Source of the DNA: an uncultured delta proteobacterium | Lineage (GTDB): Bacteria > Bdellovibrionota > FAC87 > UBA2466 | NCBI GenBank assembly: GCA_963778115.1 | Contig: CAVZSV010000004.1 | Span: forward strand, 2,656,001 to 2,720,000 | Direction of reading: 5' to 3' | Length of the DNA stretch: 64,000 nucleotides | Shown: positions 1 through 9,261 of the stretch, in pieces | How the letters are laid out: each line of letters starts with the position of its first letter | Position numbering within the stretch: position 1 is the stretch's first letter | The notes under the pieces: model-generated | What the model was told of the DNA's origin: nothing | Seen by the model: only the letters and a program-made list of their open reading frames with translations | Databases searched by the model: none | Made by a program: the position numbers and the translations under genes

Positions 1-77
1 CCCGACCTCGCCGCAAGCTTCCGGGCGAGTGTGGTTTTTCCTGAACCTGCGTTTCCCGTGACAATGATCCTTTTCAT
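1..77 (-). CDS. P-loop kinase (adenylate kinase/FlaR-like), 5' part only; runs off the window
   Basis: Manual translation from ATG 77: MKRIIVTGNAGSGKTTLARKLAARSG (Walker A). Abuts the stop codon of the upstream gene. Confidence 0.8.
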   Translation of the reverse strand, partial: MKRIIVTGNAGSGKTTLARKLAARS

Positions 78-641
78 TTAAGTACAACTTTTCTTGGGAG
101 AGGTGTTGGCCAGCCCAATGGCACCGAGTTCCCCCTCTCGAAATCCGTTACTTCTCAATACTTCGACGATGAAAGCTGTCTTGCCCTCAATGTAATCATC
201 TATCGAGTTGGGAAATTTCGCTGCTAGCGCTTTCTTGAGTTCCGAATACCCGTTTCGGAGGGTAGTATCCTTTCGCAGTGAATCACGCAGAGCCAGGTGA
301 TTCCTCAAAGAAACACAGTCCATCAGACAAACGTATAGGTTATGGGAGACGTCACTTGGAGGGTTAGTAAAGGCTTCTCTTCCTTCAATACCGAGATTAC
401 CCCTGTGTATGTATCCTATTTCTCGAAGATTACCAACTGCACGAGTTACATCGTTGGGGGACGCAACCACAATGTCTATATCGATTACTGGCTTCGCCGC
501 CAACCCAGGTACGGAAGTACTTCCGACATGCTCTATGCTAATTGCAAATTCAGCGACGTGAGGCCAAATGATGTCACTCAATCTTTTGAAAAACAGCGGC
601 CAGGATAGATCGTATTCAGTTACCAGAACAGGCGTGGTCAC
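78..641 (-). CDS. GrpB/UPF0157 family nucleotidyltransferase-like protein
   Basis: IEHVGSTSVPGLAAKPVIDIDI and HLALRD..R motifs. GTG start at 641 overlaps the upstream stop (GTGA). Confidence 0.85.
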   Translation of the reverse strand: MTTPVLVTEYDLSWPLFFKRLSDIIWPHVAEFAISIEHVGSTSVPGLAAKPVIDIDIVVASPNDVTRAVGNLREIGYIHRGNLGIEGREAFTNPPSDVSHNLYVCLMDCVSLRNHLALRDSLRKDTTLRNGYSELKKALAAKFPNSIDDYIEGKTAFIVEVLRSNGFREGELGAIGLANTSPKKSCT

Positions 642-1012
642 GAGTGGAGGCTCTGTGGAAAAATTGGTTTCAGAAAGTTGCGTTCGTAGCTGGAAAAACA
701 CTTTGTTTCGTTGAACCTTTCAGTAGTCGTCTTGCAACGGTCGTCTTTGGAAACCCCTTCTCGATAAGAATCATAAGTTTCCAGGTCGGGAAAACTAAAT
801 AAAGCATAGGCAACATTGTCAGGGCCGTTCTTTCCTAGACCAGGGAAACTGAAGGTCGCGTCCGGAAACGTTTCTGTATGTGTGCCTGGCACGAAATAAC
901 CATGGTGCGTTCCCCCATAGTCTTCAATCAAGGAAATCCCAGACCGGGCATATTCCTCGAATTCACTCAACTTATTTGGGTCAACCACGTATCGGATGCA
1001 ACAAGTAAACAT
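638..1012 (-). CDS. NIPSNAP family protein
   Basis: MFTCCIRYVVDP..FEEYAR..HHGYF..ALFSFPDL..Y pattern. Confidence 0.8.
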   Translation of the reverse strand: MFTCCIRYVVDPNKLSEFEEYARSGISLIEDYGGTHHGYFVPGTHTETFPDATFSFPGLGKNGPDNVAYALFSFPDLETYDSYREGVSKDDRCKTTTERFNETKCFSSYERNFLKPIFPQSLHS

Positions 1013-1069
1013 TTTATCTCTCCAAACGTTCACGCTAGCCGTTTATTATAACTAAGAACGATCATGAAT

Positions 1070-1924
1070 TTACCCAATCTCGAAGCTGGTTATTCCGAAA
1101 ACTCGATCGATGGGAAGATCGGGTTGTTCTTTTGTGTACATTCGTGCTGTCTCGAAGACAGGTTTCATTTTGTAGCGCTTCACTAAGTCTAGCGCGGACT
1201 CATTCACACCTGGGGGATCGAGAAACACGGGTCTATCTCCTGCCTCGGACATTGCAGCTGCAAATAATTTTTCAGCAATGGCAGGAGAATTCGCAACCAG
1301 TGGACCAATTTTAAATCCTTCGACGCACGGACGGAGGACCGTATATCCGGAGAGTTCCTTTCCAGATAAGTGAGCGAAGGCAGCTCCTTCCGGCTGCTGT
1401 ATCCAACACTTCAGGAACTCACTGCGAGGAAAGCCGAACGTATCAAGGTCGTATTTGGCCAGCGACTCGAACTGGACCTGAGATATGGGAACAATTCCCG
1501 TTGCGTCAAATCGAATCTTTCCGCCCTGACCACGATAGCGAACATTTTGATAAGCAAGTTTAAATCCCGATTTCTTGTAGTTCTCCTGCTGCGCTACTAC
1601 CCCATCAAGTGCCACGTTGCGTCCGGCAAGATATTTCATGGCTTCATCCCAGATCTGAATTCCATAGCCCTTTCCCCGGAAAGAAGGGGAGACTATATAG
1701 AACCCTATGAACCCAGTCCCATTTGCATAGGCAACCGCAGAAATGCATGCAATGGGCTCTCCTTCGATTTCACCCAGAAAAAATCCTTTGGGATCGGCCG
1801 CGTAATAGCATTGAGCATCTTTCCGTCCTGGGTTCCACCCCTCCTTTGCTGCCCATTCGACAGGAACCCGCAGCTCATCGGGGCGCATTCTCCTAATTCG
1901 ATAGCCTAATGTGTCGCTCGCCAT
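1070..1924 (-). CDS. GNAT N-acetyltransferase (tandem GNAT, YitH/HolE-like)
   Basis: AAKEGWNPG, FRGKGYG acetyl-CoA motif, KIGPL, FETARMY, GITSFEIG. Confidence 0.85.
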   Translation of the reverse strand: MASDTLGYRIRRMRPDELRVPVEWAAKEGWNPGRKDAQCYYAADPKGFFLGEIEGEPIACISAVAYANGTGFIGFYIVSPSFRGKGYGIQIWDEAMKYLAGRNVALDGVVAQQENYKKSGFKLAYQNVRYRGQGGKIRFDATGIVPISQVQFESLAKYDLDTFGFPRSEFLKCWIQQPEGAAFAHLSGKELSGYTVLRPCVEGFKIGPLVANSPAIAEKLFAAAMSEAGDRPVFLDPPGVNESALDLVKRYKMKPVFETARMYTKEQPDLPIDRVFGITSFEIG

Positions 1925-2148
1925 AGCGAGACGCACTATATAGAAGGAAAGGACGATTTAGAAGGGCACTGAAACACCAGCTTAGCAAGATCATGCACCA
2001 GATTTTCGTGGAACATTTCATGGAACATCTTATCCAATAATAACTACTAACGACCATGAATATCCAAAAGGGAAACTGTGCCGATAATTGTTATGTTTCA
2101 GTGGTTTGTGCGGGAAATCAGCGTCTTAGAAGATCGGGCTGAATGAGA

Positions 2149-2192
2149 TTTCTAATCTGGGGGTTGTTGGTTCAATCCCAACTGGGCCCAGA
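2149..2192 (+). repeat. 3' half of tRNA-Arg(UCU), att-like core, copy 1
   Basis: TTTCTAA anticodon loop, GTTGG-TTCAATC-CCAAC T-arm, TGGGCCCA acceptor strand. No 5' half upstream. 43/44 identical to 7684-7727. Confidence 0.85.
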
Positions 2193-2229
2193 ATATTTTC
2201 AAATACTTAGCGAAAACACAAAAAACATT

Positions 2230-2249
2230 TTGTTCCTTTTTTGTTCCAC
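2230..2249 (+). repeat. Putative integrase arm-type site TTGTTCCTTTTTTGTTCCAC
   Basis: Exact 20-bp copy at 7534-7553; an inverted relative (GTGGAACA..TGGAACA) lies at 2008-2027. Confidence 0.6.
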
Positions 2250-2498
2250 TCGAAAATTTGGTGGTAGTTTTTGGTCCAGATAAACTCAATGATTTCGTCG
2301 TCTGAGATCGACGCAGAAGACTAGTCATCTGGTGCGCGAATCAAAAGAAGACTCTCGTCCCCAAAGTTTGCACCGGGTTGAAGACAAGTAATAAACCATC
2401 GAAATCGCAGAACATTTTTAATGGAAAAAATTTAACTGAGAACGTACGGTAATTTCTGGCAAGGTACGGTTCGTAATTCGGGAGAATCGACGAGCCCT

Positions 2499-3905
2499 AT
2501 GAGGACGAAACGTCTTAAGGTATTAGCCACGCAGCTAATGTTCCTACCGATCTGTGCCATCGCATCACCAATTACGAAAGATACGTCTTCCCCGCAAATC
2601 GTCTGCGGATCTCTTGCAAAAGAGGAAGCAGCGCGATCCGATCGTGCGTTCGCCAAAGCGTTTGAGATCTCAGACATCGGGTCCATCAACATATTAGATC
2701 ATGACCAGTGGCATTTTCAGATTCCGATGGGTCCGGCTACTCCCGAAAAAATAGAGGAAATCGAGCGGGTGGTGAACTTTGCTAATAAGCGGTTTGAAAG
2801 AAGAGGATGGTCCGAAAAGTTTCGAGGAAAACGACTGCGAAGTGCTAGGAAATTCGCGGAACGCTCCGCTTACTTTTACACCATGAATCAGACAGACATT
2901 ACCGGTTCGATCGGTCTAACCGTCGCTAAGTACTCAAGTCGAGATTCAATACTCGAAATACTTCCAATGGAAGACACCCCTGTAGACGATACCCCCGGAT
3001 GGAAGCTCGATCGCCCCCTAACAAGCAACGGAAAGGGCATCATTTTTGAGATGAGAACGTATGGCATGGACGAAGACGCCAACGGAGATCCCTTTCGATC
3101 ACTATGGCCAAGAACCTACCTCATTATGAAACGAGAGCTTTCTGATTATCCAGAACTGTGGGATCAAGAGATCGTCTATACTTACGGCGACGATACCTCA
3201 ATTCGAATGTATCGACTTAGGGGGTTCAGATTGGCTGATCCCTCTATTCATCCTCCTATTCAAGATGAGGATGGCAGAGTCTGGCACGTATTGGTTTCTT
3301 CGCCGAAAAAGATGCTTGAGAGTTTCTTGAGTAGAATTGACTATCCTCTAGTGGTAGGAGGATTCAAAAATCCGATTTCATTTGTCACGGGTACCGGGGA
3401 TAAATTTATCGCAGACAACGCGAGCCAAATTTACCTCTACGGAGTTAAAGCTCCGAAGTCCTTTACGCTCTTTGAGCACGCCGAGGTTAAACCAGGCATT
3501 TGGGCGGGCAAAGGCTCCAAGATTGCTTTCTATCCATCTGGAAAAGTAGAAGGGATTTCGCGACTCGATACCACCACGGAAGTGTTGCCCGGACTGTTCG
3601 TCAAACAGGGAAGTTTCATTGCCTTTTACGAAAATGGAACGATCCGAAGGATTAATGGCGTGGCCAGAGAATATCCGATTACCACCGAATCGGGAATTCA
3701 ACTCTCAAGGGAGTTGATAAGTCACTTTGGTGCCATCAAAGATCTCAGAAATCGCGTAGAGTTAATGGTCATCGAAGAGGGGAGTCGTCTTATCTTTGAT
3801 GAAGAGGGAAAACTCACCTTATATCTTGGTCCCGGTTACCGGGATTATGGGCTTCAAGAGGCTATTTACGCACGCCAGCAACATGATAACAGAGCTCGAA
3901 AGTAG
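2499..3905 (+). CDS. Secreted hypothetical protein; possible GNAT-like N-terminal domain, C-terminal short beta repeats
   Basis: 468-aa ORF with a signal-like N-terminus; repeats PGIWAGKGSKIAFYPSGKV / PGLFVKQGSFIAFYENGTI. Confidence 0.7.
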   Translation: MRTKRLKVLATQLMFLPICAIASPITKDTSSPQIVCGSLAKEEAARSDRAFAKAFEISDIGSINILDHDQWHFQIPMGPATPEKIEEIERVVNFANKRFERRGWSEKFRGKRLRSARKFAERSAYFYTMNQTDITGSIGLTVAKYSSRDSILEILPMEDTPVDDTPGWKLDRPLTSNGKGIIFEMRTYGMDEDANGDPFRSLWPRTYLIMKRELSDYPELWDQEIVYTYGDDTSIRMYRLRGFRLADPSIHPPIQDEDGRVWHVLVSSPKKMLESFLSRIDYPLVVGGFKNPISFVTGTGDKFIADNASQIYLYGVKAPKSFTLFEHAEVKPGIWAGKGSKIAFYPSGKVEGISRLDTTTEVLPGLFVKQGSFIAFYENGTIRRINGVAREYPITTESGIQLSRELISHFGAIKDLRNRVELMVIEEGSRLIFDEEGKLTLYLGPGYRDYGLQEAIYARQQHDNRARK

Positions 3906-4515
3906 ACGCCAAGAGCTCATCGTTAAAGTTGCGGCTCTGGTCCTCCGTCAATGTGTTTACGAAATAACTCAGAATTAAAGCCTGGATCATTTTTGCTTTC
4001 ATTAGGGGAGAAGTCGGGGGAGTGGCGTTTCTCGAACTAATTTCCTTAAGCAACGCGGTAATGCGCTCTTCCCCCTGCGATACAAACTCTGTGTTTAGCT
4101 TTCGATATTTCTTAGCGATGCTGCAATTGTAGTAAAACAGAAGCCATAATTTTGCGTCTTGCGGGGTTACCTTTGGCCAGGAACAGGCGGCTTCAAGGTA
4201 GGCCTTTAATCGATCCTGCGGGGTGCTTTTCTCAGCGATGGCGTCCACACACAGCTTCTGATATTTTGCGCGGACAAATCGCATCGCGATTAGAATCAGC
4301 TCTTCTCGATCGGGAAAATAATGCTGAACGAGAGCCCTACTTATTCCACAGGCCTTAGCTAGCGACTCGTGATTAGTTGCGGCAACACCTCGGGTAGCAA
4401 GTTCGGTGATGGCAGTTTCGATGATCTGAATCTTTCGTCGGTCAGATTTCGTCGGCCTCTTAGGGAAAAATTCCTCGAAAATAGTAAAGTGAATCGCTTT
4501 ACGACCATTTTTCAT
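3862..4515 (-). CDS. TetR/AcrR family regulator
   Basis: HTH IIETAITELATRG..LAKACGISRALVQHYFPDREEL. Confidence 0.85.
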   Translation of the reverse strand: MKNGRKAIHFTIFEEFFPKRPTKSDRRKIQIIETAITELATRGVAATNHESLAKACGISRALVQHYFPDREELILIAMRFVRAKYQKLCVDAIAEKSTPQDRLKAYLEAACSWPKVTPQDAKLWLLFYYNCSIAKKYRKLNTEFVSQGEERITALLKEISSRNATPPTSPLMKAKMIQALILSYFVNTLTEDQSRNFNDELLASTFELCYHVAGVRK

Positions 4516-4576
4516 TTTTAAAATATAACATTTATCATATGTGGTTACAACAACTTATACAATAAAATTGTTATAA

Positions 4577-4596
4577 TTAACAAAAATAGTTGTTAA
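4577..4596. promoter_or_regulatory. Candidate TetR operator palindrome
   Basis: TTAACAA-N6-TTGTTAA in the AT-rich divergent intergenic region. Confidence 0.4.
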
Positions 4597-4646
4597 AAAT
4601 AATAATTAAGGTATTCCTGCACCGGATGATGAGCCAGGGAGTAGCT

Positions 4647-5441
4647 ATGGAGTGCAGTTGTATGTTTCTACGGATATTGTTGCTGGTAGGACTACCCACA
4701 TCTTTATGGGCAAATATCACGGAGATATCTCCCAATACCATTCAAGTTACTCGGACCCGAGTCGAGAAAGGACGTCTCGTGGAAGTGCTTGGTGAGAATG
4801 GAAAACCTAAGGTGTGGTTTACCTTCCATCGCCCCAATCTTGAAATTCGTAGAGAGAAAGACATGACCTCGGTTCGTCAAGCCACAAAGCTTATCGTGGA
4901 AACGACTGCGATTGTCCGTTGGGCGAGGCCGGGCGGGGCCTGGGATCCTAAGATCTACCTCGCGCTTCCTTTTGAACCTCTTAGGGAAGTCACGGTTGGT
5001 TCCTCATACTATTTTGATTCGCTAATACGTGAGGAGAACCCAACGGAGGCCCAACTTAACGAGATCGCTAATAGGTCGGATCGGCTTTTAGAGTGGGCAG
5101 ATGAGAAAAACGACATGCATGTTCCGGTCCGTCTTGAAGTAGAAGAGACTTTTATTTTAGGAGAGTCTTATGAGGCTCACTTTCAAGAGAATCATAACAT
5201 CATCACCCTTCCTGGAAACGCCTTCACCGTGTATTGGAACGTCACCGCCACTCTGCCGGATCTCCCATCCGATATCAGCCGTACCTATCGATTTAACCTG
5301 AGTTTGGTCCCAGCAGTAGATTGGGACGATCAGGTCTGGCAACAAGCTCTGAAAGCACTTCCTTGGAAGATCGTCTCATCAAAGTGCGAGCTCGCCTGTT
5401 ACTCGGTAATCGTAAACTCGGGTCAACAAACCCACAAGTAA
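4647..5441 (+). CDS. Secreted hypothetical protein
   Basis: Long ORF, GGGAG RBS before ATG 4647, hydrophobic N-terminus. Confidence 0.65.
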   Translation: MECSCMFLRILLLVGLPTSLWANITEISPNTIQVTRTRVEKGRLVEVLGENGKPKVWFTFHRPNLEIRREKDMTSVRQATKLIVETTAIVRWARPGGAWDPKIYLALPFEPLREVTVGSSYYFDSLIREENPTEAQLNEIANRSDRLLEWADEKNDMHVPVRLEVEETFILGESYEAHFQENHNIITLPGNAFTVYWNVTATLPDLPSDISRTYRFNLSLVPAVDWDDQVWQQALKALPWKIVSSKCELACYSVIVNSGQQTHK

Positions 5442-5453
5442 GGAGCGCGAAGT

Positions 5454-6839
5454 ATGTTGTTGCACAAAACGTTCTTATCTCGTCGGCACGGGTGGTTTGT
5501 TTTCCGGTTTTTTGGAATGGCTCCCCTCTTAACAGTGGGGTTTGTCTTCCTGTCTTTGGCGGAATGGGCAACGGCGGCAGAGCCTCTCCACCCTGGCTGG
5601 GGCGGGATCTCCATAGAAGAGGATCCCGCTGAGTGGGTACTGCAGCATGCCGACATTGATTTGGATGGAGGGTGTTACGAATTATCGCATGTCTCCTCTT
5701 GTGCGAAGTGGCTCGCGCGAGTCGTCGATCGCACAGCCGGGAGAAACTGTGGCGTAAACCCGGAGGCAAACATTCATCCACATCACCCCAGTTGGACAGA
5801 AATTAAGAAGTTTGATTTAGATCGCCTTCGGACTCGAGCAGTCGGAGACTTAACACGAATGGGGAGGCAAGTGGATTGGGATTTGTATCACCCAGTTCAA
5901 CCGGCGTTTCCACTCATGATGGCCGACTTGATCAATCGCCGAGTTCAGGAGATCCGTTGGCCGCAGGAATCGAGTCGGTCCGTTTTCACGGATGTTCTTA
6001 ACGGAGGAATCGCAGTTAGCGGCCCTATCGTCCTCATCGGGAATTACGGCTGCTATTACGACCATAAAACCTGGGATCGAATCGCCGCGGCAATTGATCG
6101 CCGAGGCTCTAATCTACCGGTTATCTGGTTGCCGAATAATAATAGCGATCTTCGGGTTTTCAGTAGATATCTAGTGGAGAAGGTGATGGTGATTAGAAAG
6201 GCTCTGGCACCAGAGCACCACACTCTGGAAAATGAAGGCAGACTTCATTTTAATACGGATCGCCTCCTCGCGATCGGGGCAGAATCTTTTGAGAATGATA
6301 GCGATTATGGTTTTATTCGCTTCATGCTTCAGAGTGCTATTCATGATGCCCTCAGCTATTCTGATCGAACGCAAGTCGACGTCGAAATTCCTCTAGACTT
6401 ATGGATTCATCGCCCGTGGGAACTTGCTAATGCGCCATTGCAAGATTTCACCCGTATCAATCCTCCTTTTCTTGAGAACCTTGGTTACAAAGGGCTCTTG
6501 GCGCATACCATCGCGGGTTCCATTGCTTTCAGCAAGACGGTATCTCGCGCCCCCGACGAAGCTTCCGAGTATGCGAAATATATTGATGATGAGATCACCC
6601 ATTTTGCCCTCTTACTCTCTGCTCCTTGGAATTACGAAAAATCAGCCCTGGATGGGACTGAGTTTTTAGGTGACATCGAGATTCGTCGGCCCCAACCGGA
6701 TAATAAACTTAGCCTTGAGCGCCTTATCACGTTTAGACGCGCCGATGATAAGCGGGTCAACTTCCGCTTTACGTGCCCTTTCGATGCGGCAAAACTTAAT
6801 GAACTAATCAAAGCAAGGGCTCCGTTTGGTTACCAATGA
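5454..6839 (+). CDS. Hypothetical exported protein
   Basis: 461-aa ORF, AAGGAG RBS, hydrophobic segment ending ATA-A. Confidence 0.7.
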   Translation: MLLHKTFLSRRHGWFVFRFFGMAPLLTVGFVFLSLAEWATAAEPLHPGWGGISIEEDPAEWVLQHADIDLDGGCYELSHVSSCAKWLARVVDRTAGRNCGVNPEANIHPHHPSWTEIKKFDLDRLRTRAVGDLTRMGRQVDWDLYHPVQPAFPLMMADLINRRVQEIRWPQESSRSVFTDVLNGGIAVSGPIVLIGNYGCYYDHKTWDRIAAAIDRRGSNLPVIWLPNNNSDLRVFSRYLVEKVMVIRKALAPEHHTLENEGRLHFNTDRLLAIGAESFENDSDYGFIRFMLQSAIHDALSYSDRTQVDVEIPLDLWIHRPWELANAPLQDFTRINPPFLENLGYKGLLAHTIAGSIAFSKTVSRAPDEASEYAKYIDDEITHFALLLSAPWNYEKSALDGTEFLGDIEIRRPQPDNKLSLERLITFRRADDKRVNFRFTCPFDAAKLNELIKARAPFGYQ

Positions 6840-6879
6840 ACGAGGAATTCGTTTTTCGGATTAGAAGTAGCCTTTGATT

Positions 6880-7170
6880 TTACCCTGCCTTCGAGAGCTT
6901 AGGTTTCTTCTTGTGCTCCTGAGTCGCTTGCCAAAGATCAAAACCTGTTTGCAGGTTCATCCAAAGTTCCGCAGAGGTTCCTAGCGCATCGGAAAGAGCA
7001 AGGGCGACGGCAGGAGTAACTCCCCGCTTACCCCGTATGAGTTCGTTCACCTTGGCGTGTGACCAACCGAGATGATTTGCTAGAGCCGTTTGGGTAACGC
7101 CCAAGGGTTTCAGAAACTCTTCTTCCAACATTTCCCCAGGATGGGTGGGACTTCTGTGCTTTGGTAACAT
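6880..7170 (-). CDS. higA: HigA family addiction-module antitoxin
   Basis: PTHPGEMLEEEFLKPLG, XRE HTH, WMNLQ..FDL. Confidence 0.92.
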   Translation of the reverse strand: MLPKHRSPTHPGEMLEEEFLKPLGVTQTALANHLGWSHAKVNELIRGKRGVTPAVALALSDALGTSAELWMNLQTGFDLWQATQEHKKKPKLSKAG

Positions 7171-7184
7171 CTATCTTCCTTCTG

Positions 7185-7475
7185 TTAGTGGTAATCCACT
7201 ATCTCAACATCTTCCGCGTTGGTTTCATTCCATCGGAAGACTATCCGCCATTGATCGTTGACCCGAATGCTGTGAAAACCAGCCAAATCTTTCGATAGAG
7301 CCTCGAGTTTATTCCCGGGTGGAACTCTCAAGTCTTCCAGATGTGCCGCCCCATTTATCAGATCTAGTTGGCGCCGTGCCTTACGATGGAGTTCCCCAGG
7401 AAGCTTTCGCGCAGCCTTGCTGTTCAGCCCATCGTAGATATCCTGAGTTGTCTTCCCCTTGATGGACCTAATCAC
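7185..7475 (-). CDS. higB: HigB (RelE/ParE family) toxin
   Basis: DLRVPPGNKLEAL..GFHSIRVNDQWRIVFRW..VEIVDYH; toxin precedes antitoxin. Confidence 0.92.
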   Translation of the reverse strand: MIRSIKGKTTQDIYDGLNSKAARKLPGELHRKARRQLDLINGAAHLEDLRVPPGNKLEALSKDLAGFHSIRVNDQWRIVFRWNETNAEDVEIVDYH

Positions 7476-7683
7476 AAGTCCCATTATATCGTAAATCGGT
7501 ATATCGATCAATGGTATAATGATAACAGAAATATTGTTCCTTTTTTGTTCCACACCAGCCCGAACCAGCCAGTAATAGCCAGTACCAACCAGACTCGCTC
7601 GCCTTACCTAAGTTATTAGTTTTTTTGCGCATCTCAATCTTTCTAGGCACTTACCACAGACGGCAGATCTAAGCCGTACACGC

Positions 7684-7727
7684 TTTCTAATCCGGGGGTT
7701 GTTGGTTCAATCCCAACTGGGCCCAGA
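7684..7727 (+). repeat. 3' half of tRNA-Arg(UCU), att-like core, copy 2
   Basis: Same sequence as 2149-2192 with one T/C difference; no 5' half. Confidence 0.85.
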
Positions 7728-7882
7728 TTTCAAATGCTTACAAAGCAAGAAAAAGTCGAAGATAGATTTTGTTCCATCGTGGTGCTTTTTGAAGTTTCAA
7801 AAGAAATAAATTTAGTAATTCTACGCACGGGATGACTCGTTTTTTGAAGAGCACCAGACTCCCAATCTGGTGACAGTCGAAT

Positions 7883-9235
7883 TCAAAACACTCCTAATGC
7901 ACGGAGTCCGTTGACTAGTAAAGCAAGCAAAGGCACCAGTAAGGCTGTTCGAATGAAAAAAAGAGCAACCAGTTCAAAAAAGCGAATGGGGACTTCCCGA
8001 AACATTTCCATCATCATTGGGGCAACCGACGAAAAGAAAATTATTTGTGACAGTGATAGGACGCACACAAAGAATTTCGATGAGACCTCCGCACTTCTTA
8101 CGAGAAGAGCCGGAATATAGACTTCGGTAATTCCAGCTATTGACGCCTGTGCCACAAGTTCAGGATTTTTGAGGCCCAAGAGAGTCATTATTGGTACGAG
8201 GGGATACCCAAGGAATCGAAAAAGAGGAGTATGGTCGGCCACTAGTAGCGCAAGAGTCCCGATCAAAAGAATCATTCCAAGAATTGTCGCACTCAGTAAG
8301 ATCCCTTCTAAGAAAGATGACGAAATATTTTTCCACAGTGTCGGAGCAACTGAAACTCTTTCAAGCGCCCTACGCCACGCCATCTGAAAATAAAACGCTA
8401 GATTCCCATGCACCTCCTCTTCCGGCTGGGGAGGACCAAAGTAGGTAGCTGGAACTCTTGATAGCGGCCAGATCCGCACCAAGATAACGGCTAGCAGGTA
8501 AACGGCTACAAAGTAGGCTGCCATTATCAACGGAAAGAGATTGAGAATATCGAGGGTACTCGCCACTACGCCAACAAAGCCGATACTGACCGTGCAAAAA
8601 CACACACAGACCGTGTAAGCTTCTCGGCGGTTGTAGATTCCTTTCTCGAAAAGCTTTCGCGTAAAGTAGAGTCCTACCGCATACGGTCCGAGCCAAGACA
8701 TAAGATCATCCAACGCCGAACGACCCGGCAATCGGAACAGGGGTTTCATAACGGGGCGCATGAGGGTTCCTACGAAATCCAGTGCTCCGTAAACTAGTAA
8801 GAGATTCACTATTACAGCCCCCATGGGGATTACGATCGCGACCGATGGAACAAGCTTTTCCCACATTACATTTCGGATTCCAGGTTCAAGTAGCAAGGCC
8901 GGACCAATGCGAAAAAACATTAGGAGGGCAACCAACGCCCCCACTAGGCGGAGGCAACCAAACAATAAGGAACCTCCGAACTCTGACAAATGTGGGATTC
9001 GGTTCGAAAAGCCTTGGTTACGCGCTAAAATAGAACCCAGAGCGCCTATTAGGATCAAGGCTAGGCTGTAAGGACGGATGACGGAAGGACAATCTTTGAG
9101 TATTTCACTCGTTACAACATCGAATAGCACCGTTGTTTTTCCATTGTGCGAAATTGGAAATAGGAAAAACCCTATGCCTATCGAGAATGCCGCGAGAAAT
9201 TTGAACTGTTTCAAGAAGAATCCCCCCGAACGCAA
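7883..9235 (-). CDS. YjiH family (nucleoside-recognition Gate domain) membrane transporter
   Basis: Multi-TM; GTLMRPVMKPLFRLPGRSALD..SWLG and SLSQIIFFS motifs. Confidence 0.85.
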   Translation of the reverse strand: MRSGGFFLKQFKFLAAFSIGIGFFLFPISHNGKTTVLFDVVTSEILKDCPSVIRPYSLALILIGALGSILARNQGFSNRIPHLSEFGGSLLFGCLRLVGALVALLMFFRIGPALLLEPGIRNVMWEKLVPSVAIVIPMGAVIVNLLLVYGALDFVGTLMRPVMKPLFRLPGRSALDDLMSWLGPYAVGLYFTRKLFEKGIYNRREAYTVCVCFCTVSIGFVGVVASTLDILNLFPLIMAAYFVAVYLLAVILVRIWPLSRVPATYFGPPQPEEEVHGNLAFYFQMAWRRALERVSVAPTLWKNISSSFLEGILLSATILGMILLIGTLALLVADHTPLFRFLGYPLVPIMTLLGLKNPELVAQASIAGITEVYIPALLVRSAEVSSKFFVCVLSLSQIIFFSSVAPMMMEMFREVPIRFFELVALFFIRTALLVPLLALLVNGLRALGVF

Positions 9236-9261
9236 AGACCTTGGCTGGACGACGCATTCAA

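Larger units (their letters stand above)
2149..7727. mobile_element. Putative non-autonomous genomic island bounded by tRNA-Arg 3'-half direct repeats
   Basis: 44-bp direct repeats, arm-like repeats, higBA cargo; no integrase inside. Confidence 0.6.

Noticed and set aside
2110..2192. Intact tRNA-Arg gene (also considered at 7645-7727)
   Set aside because: No GGGCCC-type acceptor 5' strand or D-arm upstream; only the 3' half is present.
7551..7600. CRISPR-like or iteron array (ACCAGCC units)
   Set aside because: Only four degenerate 10-bp units with no spacers, no cas gene and no rep gene; better explained as part of an att arm.
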